A stretch of DNA of 64,000 nt, taken from NCBI GenBank assembly GCA_021771185.1, contig JAETPN010000003.1:70575-134574 (forward strand), given 5' to 3'. A program made the position numbers and the translations under genes. This DNA comes from Bacillota bacterium. Lineage in GTDB: Bacteria; Bacillota_I; Bacilli_A; RF39; UBA660. The notes under the pieces are model-generated. The model did not search any database. It was not told where the DNA came from and saw only the letters and a program-made list of their open reading frames with translations. This document shows, one piece after another, positions 19,963-28,861 of the stretch (the stretch's first letter is position 1; each line of letters starts with the position of its first letter).

Positions 19963-20222
19963 TTCCCATTATTTTTTTGAATATTTTCTTTCATTTTTTG
20001 ATAAAATTGTTTCATAATAACATCCAATTCTTCTTTATCTTCAACAAGATCTAAGGCGATCTGATTTCCAACCTGTTGTTCCTTATAAAATTTTAAATTC
20101 ATTGGATTTTCCTTTTCAATAACATAAACATAATCCGTTTGATTGATTGTCATTGTTTCTAATACAAGATAAAGCTTTTGATCTGTTAGCTTTACAATAC
20201 TATTTTTTTGTAATTGTCCCAT
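19959..20222 (-). CDS. small acidic cytoplasmic protein, possibly DUF1292-like
   Basis: 87 aa. The pattern LYLVLETMTINQTDYVYVIEKE...DLVEDKEELDVIMKQF resembles DUF1292. Start is 1 nt after the upstream stop. Confidence 0.5.
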   Translation of the reverse strand: MGQLQKNSIVKLTDQKLYLVLETMTINQTDYVYVIEKENPMNLKFYKEQQVGNQIALDLVEDKEELDVIMKQFYQKMKENIQKNNGN

Positions 20223-20223
20223 A

Positions 20224-20466
20224 TTATCTTATTTTTCCTTTTTCATCTTGTGCGGAACGATAACTAACATAAGACATTAATCCAGAAGTAATAGTTGCTA
20301 GAAAAGGTTCTACATTCATAGTTACACCTGCAGCTACTGCTGATCCTACTGCAATTGTTCCTAATACATACGAACTGATTTTACATCCCTCTTGTGTTAA
20401 TTGAACATTATTGTATTGATCTACTTGAATCATTTTCTCTACAATGGTTCTTTTTTCTTGCTTCAT
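20224..20466 (-). CDS. small membrane protein, unknown function
   Basis: About 80 aa with two Gly/Ala-rich hydrophobic segments. Start ATG 20464-20466 behind GAGGGGGA. Confidence 0.5.
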   Translation of the reverse strand: MKQEKRTIVEKMIQVDQYNNVQLTQEGCKISSYVLGTIAVGSAVAAGVTMNVEPFLATITSGLMSYVSYRSAQDEKGKIR

Positions 20467-20629
20467 GATTTTCCCCCTCACTAAAAGATTATATTATACT
20501 AACATGAATAACATTTCTTGTCAATTGTTAAAAATCGGTATATTTTATAATTATGTTACTTTTTTGACTATAATTATTGATTTAATATATGATGTTTAAA
20601 AATGAAATTTTTCATTTTTTACATAAAAG

Positions 20630-20660
20630 TGTAAAATAAAGAGAGGATTTACATCCCCTC
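20630..20660 (-). terminator. terminator after rpmE
   Basis: GAGGGGAT/ATCCTCTC stem (one G-U pair) at 20641-20660, then TTTATTTTAC on the minus strand. Confidence 0.6.
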
Positions 20661-20669
20661 AACGCTTGA

Positions 20670-20882
20670 TTATTTGTTTTCTTTGAAGCCATATTTTTTA
20701 TTAAATTTATCCACAGCTCCTGTTTTACTAACAAAAGTTTGTTTACCAGTATAAGCTGGATGACATTGATTACAAGATTCTACATGTAATTCAGCTTTGT
20801 TTGATTGTACTGTGAATGTATTCCCACAAGCACAAGTAACTTTTGTTTCTTGATAACTTGGATGAATTCCTGCTTTTGCCAT
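20670..20882 (-). CDS. rpmE: 50S ribosomal protein L31 (Zn-binding type A)
   Basis: MKAGIHPSYQETKVTCACGNTF...CNQCHPAYTGKQ with the CxC...CxxC zinc motif. Confidence 0.95.
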   Translation of the reverse strand: MAKAGIHPSYQETKVTCACGNTFTVQSNKAELHVESCNQCHPAYTGKQTFVSKTGAVDKFNKKYGFKENK

Positions 20883-20971
20883 ATGATCTCTCCTTCCGCC
20901 ATAGTATCTAAAAATACTATAGAAATTTGGTTGCCACTATATTATAGCAACTTTTTATTTGTTTGGCAAGC

Positions 20972-21619
20972 TTAATCCCTGCGATTTCCTAAAATTTGAA
21001 GTAAATGAATAAAGAGGTTAATAAAATCTAAATATAATTCTAAAGCCCCTATAATAGCTAATTTATTTTCATCAGTAATGATTCCACTAAGATGTTTTAT
21101 TTTTTGAATATCGTAAGCAATATATCCAACAAAAATTACGACAGCAACAATACTAATGATAAAATCAACCATTTCAACGTTAAGGAAAATATTAACAAGA
21201 GACATGATAATAATTCCAACGAGTCCTAGTAATAAAATCATTCCCCATTTTGATAAATCAACATGGGTAAAATATCCGATCAGTCCAAAGATTAAAAATA
21301 ATAAAGATGCGACTCCAAATGTTAACATAATAGATGGAACTGTAAATAGTACAAAGATAGAAGCGAAGGTTAACCCACTAAGGACAGAATATCCTAAATA
21401 GGCAAAGATTGCGGTTGTACTACTCATCTTTTGAATTCTAGCACTTAAGAAAATAACGACTAAGATTTCAGCAACAAAAATAAACCAATATGCATTTGTA
21501 CTAAAAATATTATAAAGCATATTTTCATTTGTACTTACATAAAGTCCAGTTGCAAAGGTTACAAATAAACCTACAAATAACCATAAAAATACTTTTGGAA
21601 AAATACCTTTCATTTCCAT
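20972..21619 (-). CDS. Bax inhibitor-1/YccA family membrane protein
   Basis: Seven hydrophobic segments and the C-terminal GALELYLDFINLFIHLLQILG motif characteristic of BI-1/YccA. Start ATG behind GAGGGTGA. Confidence 0.8.
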   Translation of the reverse strand: MEMKGIFPKVFLWLFVGLFVTFATGLYVSTNENMLYNIFSTNAYWFIFVAEILVVIFLSARIQKMSSTTAIFAYLGYSVLSGLTFASIFVLFTVPSIMLTFGVASLLFLIFGLIGYFTHVDLSKWGMILLLGLVGIIIMSLVNIFLNVEMVDFIISIVAVVIFVGYIAYDIQKIKHLSGIITDENKLAIIGALELYLDFINLFIHLLQILGNRRD

Positions 21620-21654
21620 ATAAATCACCCTCTTTTTTATTATAACAATTTTTT

Positions 21655-22371
21655 TTAGTTAAATAAAGTCTTTATCATCACTTCTTTGGTAAGTTTTGTT
21701 ACTTCACGATTCCCCTCATTCGATAAATAGGCAGTTCCTTTATGGAACAAGTCTTCATTTCGTGAAAAGTTAGAGAGATCAATTAATTCTAAGTCATAAA
21801 CGTTAATTAATTCATCTAACTTTTTATTCGCATAATAAATCATCTTATTTGCTTTATCACTTTCAATCCCCCTTGGAACATAGTAATTTGTTATTAAAAT
21901 ATCCTCCTTACAATACTCTCGTACTAATTTTAAGGTTTCTTCCATATCGACCATCATTTCATCCACATAATCATATAAATCTTCCATCGAAATATCATCA
22001 ATATCCATATTCATTTTATATGAGAAATCATTCATTCCAATGCTTAGGGTCACAAAATCTGCTTTTATTAAGGCATTTTTAATGGACTTTTCTTTTCCAT
22101 CAATGATTCTTTTTTCATTGTTTTTAATTTGATACAACAAGTCTGTTGTACGCATATTCATATCTGAAAATTCGGAAATATAAATTTCGAATTTACGTCT
22201 ATTTTTTAATTCTTGAACTAAATCTTTGGACCATGCGTATTCATTATTGACACCAGTTGTAAGATAATCTCCAACCGCAAGATAGTATACTTTTTTATCT
22301 AATGTTGTTAAATAGATTAAAAATACAACTAATACTACTAATAATACAACTAGAATTTTTTTTAGTTTCAT
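21655..22371 (-). CDS. SGNH/GDSL-family hydrolase with N-terminal membrane anchor
   Basis: YYLAVGDYLTTG (block I, GDS-like), LSIGMNDF (block III); anchor KKILVVLLVVLVVFLIYL. Start ATG 22369-22371 behind GGAGGGA. Confidence 0.7.
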   Translation of the reverse strand: MKLKKILVVLLVVLVVFLIYLTTLDKKVYYLAVGDYLTTGVNNEYAWSKDLVQELKNRRKFEIYISEFSDMNMRTTDLLYQIKNNEKRIIDGKEKSIKNALIKADFVTLSIGMNDFSYKMNMDIDDISMEDLYDYVDEMMVDMEETLKLVREYCKEDILITNYYVPRGIESDKANKMIYYANKKLDELINVYDLELIDLSNFSRNEDLFHKGTAYLSNEGNREVTKLTKEVMIKTLFN

Positions 22372-22407
22372 CTTTTTCCCTCCAAAAAAAAAGTAGCTCA
22401 TACTACT

Positions 22408-23667
22408 TTATTTTATTTCTTCTAGTGTTATTTTAGCACCTACTTGACGTAATTTTTCGATAATATTTTCATAACCACGTAAAACATGTTCAACATCTTT
22501 AACAATGGTTATCCCATCAGCACATAATCCAGCCAAAACGAGGCATGCGCCTGCGCGTAAATCCGTCGCAACAACTTCTTTTCCTTTTAACTTTGTTGGT
22601 CCCTTAATGGTAATTTTTTCAGTATCTAAAGCTGTAATATCCGCACCCATATCATTTAAATAGTTCGTATTTAAAAAACGATTTTCATAAATGGTTTCTT
22701 CAACACTAGAAATTCCATGACACTGTGTTAATAGCGTTGTTAAAGGTTGCTGAAGATCTGTTGGAAAACCAGGATATCCAAGTGTTTTAATATGAACAGG
22801 TTTTAAACCATCTTTTTTTGAAATCACGACACGATCAGCAAATACCTTCATATCTACTTGCATTTCTTTTAATTTACTAATTAATGATTCGATATGTTTT
22901 GGAATAATATTATGAATTTCTAAATTCTTTCCTATTAAAGCACCCGCGATAATATAGGTTCCAGCCTCAATACGGTCTGGAATGACTTCTGTATAAGCAC
23001 CATGTAGTTTTTCTACACCATGAATGGTAATTTTACTTGTTCCAGCTCCACGAATGCGTGCACCCATGTTATTTAACATCGTTGCAACATTTACAATTTC
23101 TGGCTCTTTTGCAGCATTTTCAATTACTGTTGTTCCTAAAGCTTTCACAGCAGCAAACATAATATTAATTGTTGCTCCTACACTAGGTGTATCTAAATAT
23201 ATTGGTGCTCCTTTTAAGGTTTCAGCAACAATGGTATATTTATTTCCTTCCTCAATAACTTTGGCACCAAGGCTTTCAAAACCTTTTAGATGTAAATTAA
23301 TAGGACGAGCTCCTATAGGGCAACCCCCTGGAAAATACATTGTTGCCTTTTTATATTTTCCTAGTAACGCACCCATAAAATAATAAGATGCTCTTAATTT
23401 TTTAGATATATTTTCGGGAATTTCTTTGTTCTCTATTTGATGAGTATCTATGTGAATAGATGATGTTTGACGGCTCACTGTTGCACCTAAATATTGTAGC
23501 ATTTCTTCTAATGCATCAATATCTGAAATATTTGGTACATTTTCAATTTCAACTAGATCATCACATAACACTGCCGCAGGTACTAATGCGACTGCACTAT
23601 TTTTAGCTCCACTAATCGAAATCGTTCCTGTCAGTGTTTGCCCTCCTTCGATTATGATTTGTTTCAT
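22408..23667 (-). CDS. murA: UDP-N-acetylglucosamine 1-carboxyvinyltransferase
   Basis: ISISGAKNSAVALVPA and FPGGCPIGARPINLH (active-site Cys loop); 419 aa. Confidence 0.95.
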   Translation of the reverse strand: MKQIIIEGGQTLTGTISISGAKNSAVALVPAAVLCDDLVEIENVPNISDIDALEEMLQYLGATVSRQTSSIHIDTHQIENKEIPENISKKLRASYYFMGALLGKYKKATMYFPGGCPIGARPINLHLKGFESLGAKVIEEGNKYTIVAETLKGAPIYLDTPSVGATINIMFAAVKALGTTVIENAAKEPEIVNVATMLNNMGARIRGAGTSKITIHGVEKLHGAYTEVIPDRIEAGTYIIAGALIGKNLEIHNIIPKHIESLISKLKEMQVDMKVFADRVVISKKDGLKPVHIKTLGYPGFPTDLQQPLTTLLTQCHGISSVEETIYENRFLNTNYLNDMGADITALDTEKITIKGPTKLKGKEVVATDLRAGACLVLAGLCADGITIVKDVEHVLRGYENIIEKLRQVGAKITLEEIK

Positions 23668-23716
23668 ATAAACCTCCGTATCAGTATATTAATATGCATT
23701 TAAATTCATTTGGTGT

Positions 23717-24568
23717 TTATGCCCTATTAATACTACCTAATAAACTTAATTTTGCACTAATAGCTGCTTTCATGGCTTCTTCTCCAGCTTTAATGACTTT
23801 CCTTGGATCATATACATTACTATTTGTACCTAGATATTCTCGTACAGAAGCATTCCATGCCATTTGTAATTCTGTATTAATATTTAATTTGGAAATACCA
23901 CAAGAAATAGCTTGTCTAATAAGGTCGTCACCAATCCCACTTCCACCGTGTAAAACTAGGGGAACTTGTAACACTTCATCGATTTGTTTCATACGATTAA
24001 AATCTAACTTTGGTTCTCCTTTATATAAACCATGAACACTTCCCAAGGCTGGGGCTAAAGAATCAATTCCGGTTTCTTTTGCAAGACGAATCGCATCTTC
24101 TACTTTTGCATAAGCAAGTTCATCTGCAACACCATCTTCTTCTCCACCAACATGACCAATTTCAGCTTCTACAGTTACATTTTTTAAATGTGCATATAAA
24201 ACAACTTCTTTTGTAAAGTTAATATTTTCTTCTAGTGAAAATTTAGAGGCATCAATCATAACACTTGTAAAACCAGCATCAATCGCTTTCTTACAACTCT
24301 CTACACTACTCCCATGATCTAAGTGAAGAACAACTGGAATGGTAATATTTAAGTCTTCAATTAAACTTTTTACAATCGCAACAACGACATGATTTCCACC
24401 CATATATTTTATTGCACCTTCACTAACACCTAATATTACAGGACTTTTTAATTCTTCACATTTTTCTAAAATAAATCTTGTCCATTCTAAGTTATTAATA
24501 TTAAAATGCGGAATCGCATACTTCTCTTGATGAGCACGATTTAAGATTTCTTTTGCGTTTACTAACAT
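23717..24568 (-). CDS. fba: class II fructose-1,6-bisphosphate aldolase
   Basis: YAIPHFNINNLEW, VLHLDHGSS, IGHVGGEEDG, LVLHGGSG motifs. Start ATG 24566-24568 (MLVNAKEIL...). Confidence 0.93.
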   Translation of the reverse strand: MLVNAKEILNRAHQEKYAIPHFNINNLEWTRFILEKCEELKSPVILGVSEGAIKYMGGNHVVVAIVKSLIEDLNITIPVVLHLDHGSSVESCKKAIDAGFTSVMIDASKFSLEENINFTKEVVLYAHLKNVTVEAEIGHVGGEEDGVADELAYAKVEDAIRLAKETGIDSLAPALGSVHGLYKGEPKLDFNRMKQIDEVLQVPLVLHGGSGIGDDLIRQAISCGISKLNINTELQMAWNASVREYLGTNSNVYDPRKVIKAGEEAMKAAISAKLSLLGSINRA

Positions 24569-24640
24569 ACTATCACCATATCTATTATAACACGGTTCAT
24601 CTTTCAAACAAAATGGATTGTCGCTAAAATGTAAAGGTTT

Positions 24641-25171
24641 TTAAAATAAATAGATTAGTCCTAAAATAATTAACGTAATTCCACCTAGAATGGTTGATGT
24701 TTTTCCAATCAAAGAATTTAAATATTTTCCTAAATGTAATCCAAGATAGGTGAATGCTCCACTAAACAAAGAGAAAATAAGACAAGAAGAAAGATAATTT
24801 GTGGTTAATGTTGAAAGACCGATTCCTACTGAAAAACTATCTAAACTAACCGCAAATCCAAAGGCTAACAGTTCCCAAAGTGTCATATGATCACTTAATT
24901 CTTCATCTTTAAAACTTTCAACTAACATTTGAATACCAATAAAAGCTAGAACAAAAAAAACAATCATATCTGGAGATACAGGGATATATGTCATAATAAA
25001 ATTTCCTACTTGTAACCCTAATAAAGGCATAAAGAAATGGTAAATACTTACAATTCCTGTTAATTTTAAGATATCTTTTTTCGTTAATCCAATCGTACCA
25101 TAGGCCAAGGATAAAGAAAAGGCATCCATACTAAGACTAACCGCAACAATTATAATAATAATTAAGTTCAT
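24641..25171 (-). CDS. MntP/YtaF-family (2 x DUF204) putative manganese efflux membrane protein
   Basis: SLSMDAFSLSLAYG and VSLDSFSVGIGLS duplicated DUF204 motifs, six TM segments. Confidence 0.75.
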   Translation of the reverse strand: MNLIIIIIVAVSLSMDAFSLSLAYGTIGLTKKDILKLTGIVSIYHFFMPLLGLQVGNFIMTYIPVSPDMIVFFVLAFIGIQMLVESFKDEELSDHMTLWELLAFGFAVSLDSFSVGIGLSTLTTNYLSSCLIFSLFSGAFTYLGLHLGKYLNSLIGKTSTILGGITLIILGLIYLF

Positions 25172-25195
25172 ACACTCACCTTCTAAAAAAGTTTA

Positions 25196-25228
25196 TTCAC
25201 AAAAAAAGAAAGTAGACTAGTCTACTTT
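25196..25228 (-). terminator. terminator after mazF-like gene
   Basis: AAAGTAG (25209-25215) / CTACTTT (25222-25228), 6-nt loop, then TTCTTTTTTTGTG on the minus strand. Confidence 0.6.
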
Positions 25229-25749
25229 ACAGATTTGATTAATTTCATTCTTTTTTGTTTTTCCATAGATGAATTCTTATTCGATTTTTGATGATCTGGC
25301 CTTAATAAAGATTTCAATTCGTTAATTTGTTGGCGCTGTTTTATAATCGTTTCTTTCATATAAGATAATGCCTCAATAAAATCTTCTTTTTCTTTTGTAT
25401 GATGAAAATTTAAATCTAATTCAATCGCTAAAGCTTTGTTTACTTTTTGGAGAATTTCATAATCTAAAGTTTTCCCTGTTTTCCTTAAAACAGATTGATC
25501 TACTGTGATTAATTGTTCGCAAAGAATTGTTCCATAAATTTTACCTTTTTCAAATTCAACATCAGGAATTGAAATATGTGTTGGCAAGTTTGTTTTCAAA
25601 GCTGTTGTAATAGGTACAACAACACAAATAGAACTAGAATCATTTTGTTTATTATTTCCAACAACTACACAAGGACGTGTCCCTCCTTGAACGCTGGACA
25701 TTTGATATCCAAAATCATAATAGCAGATATCTCCACGTTTATATTTCAT
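25222..25749 (-). CDS. MazF/PemK-family endoribonuclease toxin domain with about 60-aa C-terminal coiled-coil/basic extension
   Basis: MKYKRGDICYYDF...VQGGTRPCVVVGNN...VVPITTALKTNLPTHISI...CEQLITVDQSVL...KALAIELDL aligns by eye along the whole of B. subtilis EndoA (from memory). An extra tail covers residues about 116-175. Start ATG 25747-25749, 8 nt after GGAGG. Confidence 0.8.
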   Translation of the reverse strand: MKYKRGDICYYDFGYQMSSVQGGTRPCVVVGNNKQNDSSSICVVVPITTALKTNLPTHISIPDVEFEKGKIYGTILCEQLITVDQSVLRKTGKTLDYEILQKVNKALAIELDLNFHHTKEKEDFIEALSYMKETIIKQRQQINELKSLLRPDHQKSNKNSSMEKQKRMKLIKSVK

Positions 25750-25777
25750 ATACATTCCCTCCTTTTGCGGGAATTCA

Positions 25778-25807
25778 ATCATATCATAGAAAGATTCTGT
25801 TCGTCAA
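25778..25807 (-). promoter_or_regulatory. sigma-A-type promoter of mazF-like gene
   Basis: Minus strand TTGACG (25802-25807), 18-nt spacer, TATGAT (25778-25783), in the 95-nt gap after spoIIR. Confidence 0.45.
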
Positions 25808-25844
25808 TAACTATTCGCAAAAAAAGAATCGACAAAAAAATATT

Positions 25845-26375
25845 TTATAAATATTTTTCAATCAATTCTTGAACAAAAAATTTATATTCTACTTTTTCAC
25901 TTTCTTCAGCTTCCATTAAACACATGGGTGGAAATAAAACACACCACCAATTATCTCCTTTCCCTTCACCTAAAGTAACCAATAAAGAATTATAATATCC
26001 TTCTTTATAAGTTACACCTTTAAATTCTTTTTCTGGAAAATAATTTTCACCAAAATTCAAATGATAACCTAACGTATAATTCTCACGAAGAAGTAAATCG
26101 TTAATGCGATTATCAATCAAAGAAAGATTGGACTGAATAATCTTTTCAGCCTCCTTACTCCCATGTGCATCTTTTAATAACTCATAGGTAGTTGTTTGAA
26201 GTTCCTCTTTTACCTTTTGTTTCAGTGCCTGATCATAATCACTATTACTATTTGGAATTACACGCATACGAATCGCATCACTTGGAATAATTAGTTGTGT
26301 TGCTTGTGCAATACTTTTACTTCCTACCATGTATATAATCATACCAATTAAAACCATTGTTATAAACTTTTTCAT
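25845..26375 (-). CDS. spoIIR: stage II sporulation protein R
   Basis: Signal anchor, IRMRVIPNSNSDYDQALKQKV and GDNWWCVLFPPMCL motifs of SpoIIR. Confidence 0.88.
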   Translation of the reverse strand: MKKFITMVLIGMIIYMVGSKSIAQATQLIIPSDAIRMRVIPNSNSDYDQALKQKVKEELQTTTYELLKDAHGSKEAEKIIQSNLSLIDNRINDLLLRENYTLGYHLNFGENYFPEKEFKGVTYKEGYYNSLLVTLGEGKGDNWWCVLFPPMCLMEAEESEKVEYKFFVQELIEKYL

Positions 26376-26540
26376 TTTATCACCTATCTATGTAATGATA
26401 GATCTCTCAAGTTTTATACAAAAAACATGAAAGTGTATTACATTTCCATGTTTCTATTTTTAAATTTAAATAATTATTTTAAAATGATTCGTTTTTTAAT
26501 TTGATATGGACTGTTGGAAATAGTTCTTACATTTCATGAA

Positions 26541-26571
26541 ATAAATAAAAAAGAACAACGTAATTGTTCTT
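26541..26571 (-). terminator. terminator after Rpn-family gene
   Basis: AAGAACAA (26551-26558) / TTGTTCTT (26564-26571), then TTTTATTTAT on the minus strand. Confidence 0.6.
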
Positions 26572-26576
26572 AAAAA

Positions 26577-27437
26577 TTATAATTTTTCGATTTCTTCTAA
26601 CGATAATGATGTGGCTTTAGATATAGTTTCATAATCAATACCTAAGTTTTTCAAATTACGTGCGGTTTCTTCTATTCCTTGTTTTTTAGCATGATTCACC
26701 CTACAATTGAGTTCATATTTACGTCTTTCCTCGACATCATAAAGGCCAATAAATTCTGGATCACTTGATAAATTTTTCAGTTTGTCAACCGTTTTTTTCA
26801 TATTTTCATCATCTCCAACAATCTTATCTAATTCATCAATATTATCAATACAAAGTAATAATAATCTATTTTCAAGTTCTGTTAAACTATCTTTATTATA
26901 ATACTTTGTCATTAAATTTGCTAGATTAACATGAAAAGATTTAAAATTTTTAGTTTCAACGTATTTATCATCTTCGGACCTCATCATAAAGTTTGTAAAT
27001 ACTTCATCACCAAATTGTTTAAAGAAATCAAAATTAATTAAATAAATCATCTTTTGTTCTGCATAAGATTCTCCAACTCGTAACATTTCACTTTGAATAC
27101 CTGTCGCATAACTTAAATTTTTCTCAAACAATCCAGGATAATGTGAACTATTCATTTCTAGTACAACAACATTATTTTCAATAGATGCGATTACATCAGA
27201 ATTTCTACCTTTTTCTAAAACATGATTTTTACCAATTTCTGTATTTTTAAAAACTAAATTTTGTTCTAAAAAATCTTTGTCTAGGTTCGTAATCCCACTG
27301 ATGATATCTATCGTATAACCTCGTAACGATTGATGACGAATGATTGTTTTAAAAACACAATCTACTACCATGGAGACAACTTTTCCCTCTGCCGCTAACT
27401 TTTCAATGGTATCTGATTTAATACTTAATGAAATCAT
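26577..27437 (-). CDS. Rpn / PD-(D/E)XK nuclease family (transposase-like) protein
   Basis: VDCVFKTII..., SDVIASIENNVVVLEMN (D...E.N core), LINFDFF, FHVNLANL and C-terminal HTH-like tail (GIEETARNLKNLGIDYETISKATSLSLEEIEKL), typical of PF12784/Rpn proteins. Start ATG 27435-27437 behind GGAGG. Confidence 0.7.
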   Translation of the reverse strand: MISLSIKSDTIEKLAAEGKVVSMVVDCVFKTIIRHQSLRGYTIDIISGITNLDKDFLEQNLVFKNTEIGKNHVLEKGRNSDVIASIENNVVVLEMNSSHYPGLFEKNLSYATGIQSEMLRVGESYAEQKMIYLINFDFFKQFGDEVFTNFMMRSEDDKYVETKNFKSFHVNLANLMTKYYNKDSLTELENRLLLLCIDNIDELDKIVGDDENMKKTVDKLKNLSSDPEFIGLYDVEERRKYELNCRVNHAKKQGIEETARNLKNLGIDYETISKATSLSLEEIEKL

Positions 27438-27630
27438 AAAGATTCCTCCTTTCGGAGTCACTATACTAAATTGATAGCGAGTAATCAAATGATGGATTTT
27501 ACATATCTGTAAAGTTTTTAAACTAGATTTTTAATATCTATATAGATATTTTTTTAAATTCTGATTATATTTGGTTGTCAGATTTATAAATTATGTTAAA
27601 TTTTTAAAAATTTTTCTTATTTAAATTTGA

Positions 27631-27660
27631 TACAAAAAAACCTATCATTTATGATAGGCT
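27631..27660 (-). terminator. terminator after rlmH
   Basis: CCTATCA/TGATAGG stem at 27641-27658, then TTTTTTTGTATC on the minus strand. Confidence 0.6.
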
Positions 27661-28100
27661 TCATTATGCATAATCTTATAAGAACGGTAAATTTGTTCTA
27701 ATAAAATGATACGGAATAATTGATGTGGAAATGTTAATTTAGAAAATGATAATTTAAAATTACTACGTTTTTTTATGTCTTCATGAAGACCATAAGAACC
27801 CCCAATAATAAACGTAATATTTGAATTTATTTGTTCAATTTCTTTGATTTTATTAGAAAGCTCTACTGATGACAATTCTTTTCCTTCAATTTCTAAAGTA
27901 ATAACAAAATCTTTGTCATTGATGTGTTTTGCAATAAGCTCTTTTTCTTTATTTAAAATAATTTCAATAACGTCACTTTTATAATCATCTACTTGAATAA
28001 GTTGTAATTTGGTAAATTTTTGTAAACGTTTTTGGTATTCAAGGATTGCATCACGATAAAATTTTTCTTTCATTTTTCCTACACAAATAATTTTAATCAT
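27645..28100 (-). CDS. rlmH: 23S rRNA (pseudouridine1915-N3)-methyltransferase RlmH
   Basis: MIKIICVGKMKEKFYRDAILEYQKRL and FIIGGSYGL SPOUT motifs; TGA stop at the expected length. Confidence 0.9.
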   Translation of the reverse strand: MIKIICVGKMKEKFYRDAILEYQKRLQKFTKLQLIQVDDYKSDVIEIILNKEKELIAKHINDKDFVITLEIEGKELSSVELSNKIKEIEQINSNITFIIGGSYGLHEDIKKRSNFKLSFSKLTFPHQLFRIILLEQIYRSYKIMHNEAYHK

Positions 28101-28861
28101 ACTTCCACCAATTCCGTTCGTTCATTTTGTTTTGAAATCATGATCTGTTTTAATTGTTTGTTGCGTTTGGAAAGAGCATGTTCTAAAGACTCTAAGGCAA
28201 GGTTTTCTTCGTTGTTTTCTTCACTCAGATGGATCAATACAACACCTTGCGTGTTTTCACCAATAAATTTACTTAAATAATAAGAAGAATCTTTATTAGA
28301 TAAATGACCCAGATCACTTAAAATACGTTGTTTTAAATGATAAGGGTATTTTCCATTCATCAATAATTCTACATCATGATTACTTTCCATAATATAATAA
28401 TTTTTATTACTTAACTCTTTATGATATTTTACATTAATATATCCTGTATCAGTTATATAAACTAATGTTTTTCCTGAAGCTTCAAAGAGATATCCATTAG
28501 AATCAGCAACATCATGGCTAGTTTTAATGACATGTACATTCAAGTCTTCTAAGGTAAAATCCCCATCTATCAATTGATAATTATCTAATTCTATCATCCC
28601 AGAAAGTTCATCATACATAAGTTTTGTTAAATAAAGTTTTGTATGATATTTTTTCATAAATACACGTAGTCCATTTACATGATCTACATGTGTATGTGTA
28701 AGTAGGATACCATGAATACTGTCTGGTTCAACTTCCATAGATTTTAATTTTTGACAGGTTTTAGCACAAGAAATTCCTAAATCGACTAAAATACGTACAT
28801 GAGGCGTTTCAATATAACTGGAGTTTCCACGACTTCCACTCGCAAGAACAGAAAACTTCAT
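28097..28861 (-). CDS. MBL-fold metallo-hydrolase, YycJ/WalJ-like
   Basis: MKFSVLASGSRGNSSY..., LLTHTHVDH metallo-beta-lactamase motif. Sits upstream of rlmH, as yycJ does in Bacillus. Start ATG 28859-28861. Confidence 0.85.
   Translation of the reverse strand: MKFSVLASGSRGNSSYIETPHVRILVDLGISCAKTCQKLKSMEVEPDSIHGILLTHTHVDHVNGLRVFMKKYHTKLYLTKLMYDELSGMIELDNYQLIDGDFTLEDLNVHVIKTSHDVADSNGYLFEASGKTLVYITDTGYINVKYHKELSNKNYYIMESNHDVELLMNGKYPYHLKQRILSDLGHLSNKDSSYYLSKFIGENTQGVVLIHLSEENNEENLALESLEHALSKRNKQLKQIMISKQNERTELVEV

Noticed and set aside
25172-25221. A yybP-ykoY manganese riboswitch might lie upstream of the MntP-family gene.
   Set aside because: Only 50 nt separate it from the preceding gene, and most of that is the mazF-like terminator hairpin. 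There is no room for the roughly 100-nt four-helix riboswitch.
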